Source of the DNA: Ostreococcus tauri
Lineage: Eukaryota
Assembly: GCA_000214015.2 (NCBI GenBank)
Contig: CAID01000015.2
Span: 361,302 to 370,350, forward strand
Direction of reading: 5' to 3'
Length of the DNA: 9,049 bases
Every line of letters starts with the position of its first letter. The first letter of the stretch is position 1. Shown one piece after another: positions 1 through 6,721 of this stretch. The notes beneath the pieces were generated by a model. That model worked only from the letters and a program-made list of their open reading frames with translations. It was not told the origin of the DNA and searched no databases. Both the position numbers and the translations under genes were made by a program.

Positions 1-48
1 GGGGGGGGGGGGAAGACGCGGGCGAGGGAGGACGGGGACGAGGGCGGG
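1..48 (+). repeat. G-rich tract: a G12 homopolymer (1-12) followed by G3-4 runs at 20-22, 26-28, 34-37, 42-44 and 46-48. This fits a canonical G-quadruplex motif on the sense strand upstream of the DNAJC8-like gene.
   Basis: Read directly from the sequence: gggggggggggg aagacgc ggg cga ggg aggac gggg acga ggg c ggg. The stretch 20-48 fits G3+N1-7 repeated four or more times. The G12 run touches the window edge, so it may extend further upstream. Confidence 0.6.
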
Positions 49-61
49 ACGACCGAGGCCC

Positions 62-63
<2 letters not shown>

Positions 64-93
<30 letters not shown>

Positions 94-95
94 GA

Positions 96-126
<31 letters not shown>

Positions 127-138
127 ACGGCGACGGCG
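64..138 (+). repeat. Imperfect trinucleotide microsatellite (GCG/ACG)n of 25 triplets, ending directly at the ATG at 139.
   Basis: gcg acg gcg acg gcg acg gcg acg acg acg gag acg acg acg acg acg acg gcg acg acg acg gcg acg gcg | atg. It is in frame with the downstream CDS and would read as (Ala/Thr)n. There is no in-frame stop back to base 1. Confidence 0.85.
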
Positions 139-966
139 ATGGAGGAGATCGTTCCGAACGCCGACGCGGAGGCGGCACCGATCGAGGATATCAAAGACAC
201 GGAGACGCTGCTGAAGGAATTTTTCAAGGATGTGTCCGAGGCGACTCGAGACGCCGAGGTGGAGCGCATCTTGTCGTGCTTTCGGTTGAATCCGTACGAG
301 TTCTTGAACGTGCGGTTCGATTGCGAGATGAAAGAGATTCCTAGGTCGTATCGTAAGATTTCGCTCCTGGTTCACCCGGATAAGTGTGCAAATAAAGACG
401 CCAAGGCGGCGTTCGACGCGCTCGGACAGGCGCAGAAGCTCCTGCTGAATGAAGACTTCAAGCGCGCGTTGGACTTCAACCTTCAGCAGGCAAAGGATGA
501 GGTGCTTCAAACTTGGAGAAAAGAGGCGCGAGATGACGTCGCGCTTCGTGTGAAATATCAGGGTAATAAGGAGGGGATGCTCGAAGACTTTAGCAAGACG
601 GATGAGTTCCACGAGCGATGGAAATTTGCGGCGCGCAAGTACATCGTTGACTTAGAGTGGCGCCGTCGTAAATTAGCGCTACGAATCAAGGGAGAAGAGA
701 AGCGCGTAACCGAAGAGGAGAAGGTGGAGGCGGCTCAGCGCCGCAAGGAGGCTCTCGAACGCAAGGAGTGGGAGCGAGAGGATCGCCGAGAGGAGCGTGT
801 GAGCGGTTGGCGAGATTTTATGAAGGGAGCAAAGACAAAGAAACAAAAAGTCCAGGGCGTTAAGATGCCGACTCTCAAAATGGAGGTTAACGAGAAAGAC
901 AAAAAGGCTGTTACTCTCGAGAGGGATCGAGTGCTTCGTCCGGACGAGGTTAAGAGGGCGTTTTAA
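139..966 (+). CDS. DNAJC8: DnaJ/Hsp40 J-domain protein, subfamily C member 8-like (spliceosome-associated SPF31 type), 275 aa.
   Basis: ATG at 139, TAA at 964-966.
- The J-domain has the HPD motif (RKISLLVHPDKC).
- LNPYEFLNV, AFDALGQAQKLLLNEDFKRALD and the C-terminal RVSGWRDFMKGAKTKKQK..KMPTLKMEV align with my recollection of human DNAJC8 (LNPFEVLQI, LSILVHPDKN, AFEAVDKAYKLLLDQEQKKRALD, RVDSWRNFQANTKGKKEKK..PPKVKMEQ).
- The frame is open upstream to base 1, so a longer N-terminus cannot be excluded. Confidence 0.88.
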   Translation: MEEIVPNADAEAAPIEDIKDTETLLKEFFKDVSEATRDAEVERILSCFRLNPYEFLNVRFDCEMKEIPRSYRKISLLVHPDKCANKDAKAAFDALGQAQKLLLNEDFKRALDFNLQQAKDEVLQTWRKEARDDVALRVKYQGNKEGMLEDFSKTDEFHERWKFAARKYIVDLEWRRRKLALRIKGEEKRVTEEEKVEAAQRRKEALERKEWEREDRREERVSGWRDFMKGAKTKKQKVQGVKMPTLKMEVNEKDKKAVTLERDRVLRPDEVKRAF

Positions 967-1012
967 CGCAACACATTCATTGTTTGCATGTGCAACTCTA
1001 TTACTTGTATCG

Positions 1013-3847
1013 CTAACTTTTCTCGCTACTCTCATCGACTGTGACCCAGCTCGACGTTGGGTTCGCCGTCTGTTTCACATCCGTTTCTGGTTGTTTCTCC
1101 TCTGGTGTTTCCTCCGAATTTTCCTCCGCCACGTTTTGAGTCGTCTGTGCCTTGAACGCGTTTCGTTGAGCAGCTGTTAAAGACTCTTCTGCTGGTGACG
1201 CGATTACCGGTTTAGACCTCTTCAATTGCTCGCACGCTTCCCCAGACGCCAAGAAATCAGTACCACAAGGTGGAGGACTCATCGAACGCCCACGCTTACC
1301 GAGTTCGCCGTGCGTCGGGCCTGTGTCCACTTCATCTGTGAAGACAGAGTGCTGGAGCGGGGGCGGGACAAATCGTGAGCCCTGGAAGTGGAGTACCGGC
1401 GGGCTATGATGCGGCATTTGCTCCACGACCGCATCACTCGCAGGGTCGTCATCGGACTCGAAATAATCTTCTTCGTCCTTGCTCATCGAACTGTCGCGCC
1501 TCGCGCGCTGCTCGGACAGTGCTTGAGCTGCGGCAATCTCTTCTCTGCCGTACGCTCGAGGAGAGACACCGACGCCAGGCAGCATCATGCCCGCAGGCAA
1601 ATCAATCGTCGCTGGTCCCATCCCTTGCTGATACCTAAGCTTGAGGAGTCTGAAAGTATCAACATAATAAACTTCTTCGAACCAAGATTCGTATTTCTCC
1701 ACTAGATGGTGGATCAAACCACGAATATTCTCACGTCGAATAAAGTCGACCAACTCGAGCACTACACTATTGAGCAAGTTGTACCGATCACCGTTACGTT
1801 TGAAGACCTGCATCACCGGCTCGAATGCGTTACTCTTAATCAAGTAACGGTTGTAAAATTCATCCTTCAAACTCACGCACGCTCGCAGAAATCGCACTGC
1901 TGAAACTACGACGTACTTTTCTCGGCGCTCTGTCAACTGCAACACGTGCTGCAACACGTGGTTGCGAAGCATGAAGTACTTGATCCGATACGCATGATTC
2001 TGGACCAAAAATATCATTAGATCGATAATTTTGGTTAAAGACCATGCCGGAACGCGCTCGCCGACTTCACTATCCTTGTCTCCGATGTCTACTTTGCCTA
2101 ACGTGATGCGGGCGACGATGGATTCCATGTGCTTATCGTAAAAGATTTCCAAGAGTTTGTCCTTTTCCGGTTGCGTTCCCTCCATCGTTTCGGGATCTGT
2201 CAAGAACAGTAGTATCTCTAGGTAAGTTGCCTGGATCCCGTCGGTTCCCGTCAAGAACATGCGCACTAACTGCGAAAACATGTTTTGTTCTGGTTTCTGC
2301 GCATCTTGTTCCACCATGAATTTTCGAAGCACCAAGGGATCATTCTGCAGGCTCGACATGAGCACATCCGCCGCCTTCAGTTGCGAGTACTCATCACCAT
2401 GCACCAAAATATCTGTTAACACATCGTACAACCCGTGTTTCTCGAGCGTCGCGAACACCTGGAGCCGCGGTTGGTTCTGAAGGTGTCTCGCGAGCGTACA
2501 TAGTTCTTGCAGGAACCCGACCAAGTCGTTCCAGTCCTCTTCACCGGGTTTCGACTCGTTCAATCTCTTGAACAACTCTGCGAAGAATTCAGGCTCGTCG
2601 TGCAACGCCTGCACGACTTCGACATTGTTGCACATCATCATCGTAGTGAGCGTGCTGAAGGCTGCATCGTCCAACACGCGAGGGAGGATAGCGTCCTTCA
2701 GATAACCCAAACGACACGTCTGATGAATCTTTTCCCGAATCAGCTTATTATTTATGGGTACAACTTCCTTGAAAACCACGTTCTCTTTGAGAAACTGTCG
2801 ATGATGGACGCGTTCAAGTTGCTCGGGATCGTATTCGAGCGTTCCGACGAAGTCAAACACGTTCTGCTCTCTGAGCAATATCTCGTACAAGTTAGGGTCG
2901 TTTAAGTTGACCAAGCCCCTAAAAATGGCGTAAAACAAGTGCAAGCTCTCAATATCGTCCACGTCTTCACACTGCCTGAAAAGTTCGAAAAGTCTCGGCA
3001 AATAATCCTGGGAACTCATTATTTGAAGCGGTATGCGCTCGCGAGCAAAGTGAGAGCCACTTGTGATGAGTATGAGCAGCTTTTCCAAGTTCCCGAGCTC
3101 GGGTTCCGGTAGAGGTTCGATTTGTGCGTTTCTTCCCATACGCATGTAAACCTGTGCGTCGCCGCCGCCGAGAAAACCTCCCCGTTCTGGTTCAAACTGA
3201 AAGACTTGAAATTCTGACCCGGTGTCCATCGCCATGAGCTTTGAATCGTCATTATCGCCCAGGGCTCCCGCGCCTTGCTGCGAGTACGACCTTTGCACAG
3301 AGTTGATCTGCTCCCAAATAAAGTTACACCCCACTCCCTCCTGAAAACTGAGCGCAATGTCCGCCCCGAGCTCGGGGTCGAGCCAGGATATGATGGTCTC
3401 GCACTCTTGCCTAGAGTAAAAATTTCGCTCTTGCGATATCCTGTGCACCAACAGCGGCTCTTGGTTTTGTTCCGACATCACCACCAATCCGATCGAGCTC
3501 GATTGCTGCGCGTTCGCGAACGATCGCGTTTCGTCAGTCTTTCTCGCAAGTTTGAGTTTCACAAGATCTCTCACCTCGAGGTACTCGCACGAGGCGAACC
3601 CGGTGCCCTTATCGTCCCAGTGCCCTCGATCGTTCAACCTGTACAACTTCACCCGCGCCATGGCATTCATTTTGCCGTCGTCGCCCGTCGCGCCTCCCAA
3701 GTTCGGCGCCACCGTCGGTGACGTCGACGCGTCGCCGACGGCGTTCGCATTCGCCCTCGCGACATCCTCGACGGAGAATTCAAATCCATTCTCCGGTACC
3801 GTCGTCTCGTCCGCGCCATCCGCGTCGCCCCCTTGGACCGACTCCAT
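1013..3847 (-). CDS. PPP4R3: Serine/threonine-protein phosphatase 4 regulatory subunit 3 (SMEK/PP4R3/Psy2 family), 944 aa from the first ATG.
   Basis: One uninterrupted 2.9-kb frame. The track start at 3904 is GTG. The first ATG is at 3847 (MESVQGG..) and the TAG stop is at 1013-1015.
Matches to SMEK1 as I recall it:
- ARVKLYRLNDRGHWDDKGTGFASC ~ [23 protein letters not shown]
- ALSFQEGVGCNFIWEQI ~ ALSFQEKAGCDEIWEKI
- LEYDPE..HRQFL..VFKEVVPI
- LKDEFYNRYLIKSNAFEPV..GDRYNLLNS ~ LKDEFYNRYIMKSFLFEPV..GSRYNLMNS
An alternative start at 3670 (MNAMARVKLY) would give the canonical family N-terminus. Confidence 0.92.
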   Translation of the reverse strand: MESVQGGDADGADETTVPENGFEFSVEDVARANANAVGDASTSPTVAPNLGGATGDDGKMNAMARVKLYRLNDRGHWDDKGTGFASCEYLEVRDLVKLKLARKTDETRSFANAQQSSSIGLVVMSEQNQEPLLVHRISQERNFYSRQECETIISWLDPELGADIALSFQEGVGCNFIWEQINSVQRSYSQQGAGALGDNDDSKLMAMDTGSEFQVFQFEPERGGFLGGGDAQVYMRMGRNAQIEPLPEPELGNLEKLLILITSGSHFARERIPLQIMSSQDYLPRLFELFRQCEDVDDIESLHLFYAIFRGLVNLNDPNLYEILLREQNVFDFVGTLEYDPEQLERVHHRQFLKENVVFKEVVPINNKLIREKIHQTCRLGYLKDAILPRVLDDAAFSTLTTMMMCNNVEVVQALHDEPEFFAELFKRLNESKPGEEDWNDLVGFLQELCTLARHLQNQPRLQVFATLEKHGLYDVLTDILVHGDEYSQLKAADVLMSSLQNDPLVLRKFMVEQDAQKPEQNMFSQLVRMFLTGTDGIQATYLEILLFLTDPETMEGTQPEKDKLLEIFYDKHMESIVARITLGKVDIGDKDSEVGERVPAWSLTKIIDLMIFLVQNHAYRIKYFMLRNHVLQHVLQLTERREKYVVVSAVRFLRACVSLKDEFYNRYLIKSNAFEPVMQVFKRNGDRYNLLNSVVLELVDFIRRENIRGLIHHLVEKYESWFEEVYYVDTFRLLKLRYQQGMGPATIDLPAGMMLPGVGVSPRAYGREEIAAAQALSEQRARRDSSMSKDEEDYFESDDDPASDAVVEQMPHHSPPVLHFQGSRFVPPPLQHSVFTDEVDTGPTHGELGKRGRSMSPPPCGTDFLASGEACEQLKRSKPVIASPAEESLTAAQRNAFKAQTTQNVAEENSEETPEEKQPETDVKQTANPTSSWVTVDESSEKS

Positions 3848-4225
3848 GGTGACGCTAGAGTCGAACTCGACGCGTCCACGGCGTCGAGATGATCCTAGAA
3901 GCACGGGACGACGAAATGAAAAGCAAAAATCAAATGCAAGTCAAATGTCACTCGAACGATTCTCGCGCGTACTCGTTCCGTCGACACCACGCCTTCGTGC
4001 GTTCGGGGACGAAACGGACGCGATGTGGTGTCGCGGACGACGCGCGCCGGTGCACGCCGAGCGCGACGCGCGCGACGGAGAGTGCGGTGTGAACGGTTGG
4101 ACAGACAGCAGGGCACTCCGAGGTACGCGACGAGGCGAGCGCGCGCGCGATCGAACGACCGAACGCATGACGTCGACGCGGTGAAGATTTCGTGTGACTA
4201 GGAGTGCTACTAAAATCGGGACGCG

Positions 4226-4704
4226 TCAAAGCTTCGTGACGGTGGCGGTGGACGCGGCGGCGGCGCGGGCGGGATCGAGCGCGGCCGCGCGCTTGAGCGT
4301 TTCGTCCACCTCGCGAATGAGCTTGGTGTTTTTCTGCGTCGAAGAAAAGCGACGACGGGGCGTTCGTCAGTCTGCGTCGACATTTTCACGCGTTGACGCA
4401 TCGATCGATCGCGCGTGCGCGTCGTCCCGCGAGCGTTCGTCGCGTCGAGCGCGTACCGCGGCGTTGCGCTGTCGCGTCTGAGACATCTTGTAAAACGCGT
4501 GCGTCTTCCACACGAGTCCTCCTGTTGACCCATAGCGATGGAGACGCGTCGTCAGTCGTCGCATCTCGAACGCGCGCGCGTCGTTCGAGCGTTCGGCGCG
4601 AGCCAGACACCGTTCAAGCGCTCGAACACGCTCGAGGTTGCGCAGGTCTTCCTCGTCTTCGTCGTCGACGCACCTCGCGCGTTCGGGCCCTTCTTCACCG
4701 CCAT
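4226..4704 (-). CDS. Candidate small spliced gene, hypothetical 67-aa basic protein. Model: join(4704..4674, 4521..4457, 4333..4226) on the minus strand. Product unknown.
   Basis: - Exon 1: ATG at 4704 in a ctcATGg context, reading MAVKKGPNAR then g|GTGCGT.
- Intron 1: 4673-4522 (152 nt), with actgacga about 30 nt upstream of caacAG.
- Exon 2: GLVWKTHAFYKMSQTRQRNAA then |GTACGC.
- Intron 2: 4456-4334 (123 nt), with actgacga then cgcttttcttcgacgCAG.
- Exon 3: KNTKLIREVDETLKRAAALDPARAAAASTATVTKL, then TGA at 4226-4228.
- Splice phases are consistent (31+65+108 = 204 nt = 68 codons).
- Exon 3 is an open, high-GC3 frame with no start codon, so it is absent from the ORF track.
- I recognise no homolog. 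The alternatives are the unspliced ORFs 4367-4564 or 4552-4839, or no gene at all. Confidence 0.28.
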
Positions 4705-4903
4705 GAGGAAAAACGAGGTGAACATGACGCGATGCGTGGAGTCGCGGCCTCGATCGGCGCCGTGCGTTTCGCGCGCGCGCCGACGAGTGCGGCGCGCGCG
4801 GTCGGAGCGAACGAGACGCGGCGACGCGTCGACGCGCAAAGGCTACCAGAACTATTTCAATCGCTACCCGGCTAATGGAACAACGAATGAAGCGCGACTA
4901 AAA

Positions 4904-5599
4904 TCAACACAATAACTCGTTCGTCGTTCGCGTCAACTCCTCGACGTCGACTCGACCGCGTTCGAGGACGTACGACGCCACGCGTTCCATCTCGCTCGGC
5001 GACACGCGAACGAATCGCCCGCGGTGCTCGTCCACGACGCCCGAGATCGCGCGCGAGGCCTCGAGCGCGCGAACGCGCTTACGTATCGTGTCAGGTTTCT
5101 TGAATCCGAACCTCGCGGAGAGCTCGTCGAAGCGAGAGATCCTGCGTCGCTCGAGCGCGCGGACGAGCGTCTCGTCCGACACCTCCGGCTCGACGTCCTC
5201 CGCGGGCGCGCGCGCATCTTCCGCCCGTCCGTACCTCGCCGCGTACTCCATCTCTTCCATCTCTCGAGCCTCCCATCGCTGTCTATACATCTCCAGCTTG
5301 GCCTCCTTTCTCGTCATCGGCGGCGCCGCCGCGTCCCGCTCATCCATAACCGCGTCGTCGAATCCGTCTCCGCCCTCCCCCTCACCCCTCCGCGCGTTCG
5401 CCCGTCTGCGCGCTCGACGCTCCGCGCGCGCCATCCCTCCCTCGCCCGCCTCTCTTCCTCGCTCGCCGTCGACGTCTCGTTCTCTTCCGAGTCGTTCTCT
5501 CGCGCGCTCCGTCTTCGCCAAGTGCGCCACCGAGACGAACGCGGCGAGCAAGCACAGGAGAAACGCCGCGGCGGCGACGACGACGACGACCGTTCGCAT
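4904..5599 (-). CDS. DDRGK1: DDRGK domain-containing protein 1 (UFBP1; ER-anchored adaptor of the UFM1 conjugation pathway), 231 aa from the first ATG.
   Basis: - The track start at 5644 is GTG. The first ATG is at 5599 and the TGA stop is at 4904-4906.
- N-terminal hydrophobic anchor: MRTVVVVVAAAAFLLCLLAAFVSVAHL.
- A charged Arg/Glu-rich middle region follows.
- C-terminal winged-helix region: FDELSARFGFKKPDTIRKRVRALEASRAISGVVDEHRGRFVRVSPSEMERVASYVLERGRVDVEELTRTTNELL.
- This aligns with human [72 protein letters not shown]. Confidence 0.88.
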   Translation of the reverse strand: MRTVVVVVAAAAFLLCLLAAFVSVAHLAKTERARERLGRERDVDGERGREAGEGGMARAERRARRRANARRGEGEGGDGFDDAVMDERDAAAPPMTRKEAKLEMYRQRWEAREMEEMEYAARYGRAEDARAPAEDVEPEVSDETLVRALERRRISRFDELSARFGFKKPDTIRKRVRALEASRAISGVVDEHRGRFVRVSPSEMERVASYVLERGRVDVEELTRTTNELLC

Positions 5600-5827
5600 C
5601 GTCCGTCCCCCGCGCGGTGCCCCTCGCGCCCGTTCGCGCGTCACGCGCGCGCGGCGCGGTCACGGCGAACGGGCGCTCGTGGACGTTGAGACGTCTCGAC
5701 GGGTGATTTTCATCGAAGACCAGGGTTTAGGGACACCACGACCAGGGTTTAGGGACACCACGACCACGGCGCATCGCGAGACGTCCGCGGGCGACGGGCG
5801 TGGACGCGCGCGGACGATCGGCACCGG
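5600..5827. promoter_or_regulatory. 228-bp divergent (bidirectional) promoter / 5' leader region shared by DDRGK1 (-) and D27-like (+).
   Basis: Inferred from the head-to-head arrangement of the two start codons (5599 on the minus strand, 5828 on the plus strand). It contains the 22-bp telomere-motif tandem repeat (5718-5769), flanked by two gagacgtc motifs at 5688-5695 and 5778-5785. Confidence 0.6.
5718..5769 (+). repeat. 22-bp perfect tandem duplication (gaccagggtttagggacaccac x2, plus a partial third copy gaccacgg). Each unit carries AGGGTTTAGGG, which is 11 nt of plant-type telomere repeat and is telo-box-like.
   Basis: Units 5718-5739 and 5740-5761 are identical, and 5762-5769 is a diverged partial copy. 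AGGGTTTAGGG sits at 5722-5732 and 5744-5754. The reverse complement CCCTAAACCCT contains the AAACCCT core of the plant telo-box AAACCCTA(A). Confidence 0.85.
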
Positions 5828-6721
5828 ATGCCGACGACGATCGCGCGCGCGCTCGATCGCGCGAGCGTCGCGCGCGGTCTCGGGCGCGGACGCGGACGTC
5901 CACGAGACGGTGGACGGGGGACGATGGGACGACGGGCGGACGTCGACGGTGGAAGCGACGTCTCGGTGGGCTCGAGAGGGGTTCGAGCGCGGGCGACGTC
6001 GACGACCACGGAGTCGTACTCGTTCTTTGACCTCGCGCGGGCGGAGTTTCCGGAGGATTGGAGCGAACCGGGGGTGCGGGTGCGGTACGAGGACGGGGCG
6101 TTGGATTTCGCCGTCATGGCGTGGTTCATGCGCAAAATCGGAACGGCCATCAACGCGCCGCCGCCGGGAGAGATATCGTACGACGCGTTCATCGCGCTGT
6201 GTTTCTTGCAGATGAAGGGACGAGACGCGAAGGGGATGACGGACGTCACGTCTGGGGTGATCAGATCGCTCGTGCCGCCCGGGGGAAGCGCCGTTTTCAA
6301 AACGCTGTTTCCGCTGAACAAGTTTTCGTGTGAGCTGAACGCGACGATCACGAAGATCGTTTTCGCGTGGATGGTGGGACCTATGACGGTGGAGACGACG
6401 ATGGATAATGATCTCGGGATCGAGATGGCGTCCAAGGTGCACATCAAGAAGTGTCGTTGGCTTCAAGAGAGCGGTTGCACCGCGATGTGCGTGAACATGT
6501 GCAAGTGCGCTACGCAGGAGGTTTTTACGGACGATTTCGGCTTACCGCTCACGATCAAACCGAATTTTGAGGATAAGAGTTGCGATTTTTATTTCGGTCT
6601 CACGCCGCCACCGGTGGAGAAGGACGAGGCGCTGTTGTTTGGATGCAACGCGGCGTGCGCGACGGCGGCGCCAGACTCAGAGGGGCGTCCGTGCCACAAG
6701 CTGCGTCCGTACGAAGGTTAA
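5828..6721 (+). CDS. D27: D27 (DWARF27)-family beta-carotene isomerase-like protein (DUF4033), with a probable plastid-targeting N-terminus, 297 aa.
   Basis: - ATG at 5828, TAA at 6719-6721.
- Conserved C-terminal region: KCRWLQESGCTAMCVNMCKCATQEVFTDDFGLPLTIKPNFEDKSCDFYFGLTPPPVEKDEA.
- This matches the D27 signature as I recall it: CR(Y/F)LEESGCVGMCVNMCK.PTQ.FF...GLPLTM.PNFED.SC...FGQ.PP..EDP.
- Upstream FPLNKFSCELNATITKIVFAWMVGP corresponds to FP...W..ELNA.IT..FF.WLVGP.
- The first ~65 aa are rich in Arg/Ala/Ser/Gly, resembling a transit peptide. Confidence 0.88.
   Translation: MPTTIARALDRASVARGLGRGRGRPRDGGRGTMGRRADVDGGSDVSVGSRGVRARATSTTTESYSFFDLARAEFPEDWSEPGVRVRYEDGALDFAVMAWFMRKIGTAINAPPPGEISYDAFIALCFLQMKGRDAKGMTDVTSGVIRSLVPPGGSAVFKTLFPLNKFSCELNATITKIVFAWMVGPMTVETTMDNDLGIEMASKVHIKKCRWLQESGCTAMCVNMCKCATQEVFTDDFGLPLTIKPNFEDKSCDFYFGLTPPPVEKDEALLFGCNAACATAAPDSEGRPCHKLRPYEG

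Noticed and set aside
3848-3904. Upstream extensions of real genes implied by ORF-track 'M' residues at 3904 (PP4R3), 5644 (DDRGK1) and 8536 (Myb).
   Set aside because: Checking the nucleotides shows these are GTG codons (TTG at 4839). For a eukaryotic nuclear gene I anchored each CDS on the first in-frame ATG: 3847, 5599 and 8236.
3552-4875. Plus-strand ORFs 3552-4184, 3889-4092, 4194-4481, 4393-4875 and 4538-4915, and minus-strand ORFs 3895-4229, in the PPP4R3-DDRGK1 gap.
   Set aside because: - Several use non-ATG starts in the track.
- The translations are Arg-rich with no recognisable motifs.
- Only the minus-strand spliced model at 4226-4704 showed any independent (splice-signal) support, and even that is tentative.
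5688-5785. GACGTC (bZIP C-box / CRE-like) palindromes flanking the telomere-motif repeat, including the 10-bp palindrome gagacgtctc at 5688-5697.
   Set aside because: GACGTC occurs about 15 times across the GC-rich parts of the window, in all contexts, so its presence here is explained by composition. It is kept only as context for the promoter finding.
5088-6215. A 375-aa plus-strand ORF spanning the antisense of DDRGK1, the promoter and the start of D27. The minus-strand ORFs 5660-6466 (268 aa) and 5749-6447 (232 aa) lie antisense to D27.
   Set aside because: - The translations are Arg/Ser/Ala/Pro-rich and low-complexity, with no recognisable domain.
- They overlap well-supported homologous genes on the opposite strand or in another frame, and they run through an intergenic promoter.
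- Long stop-free frames are expected in 70-80% GC DNA.
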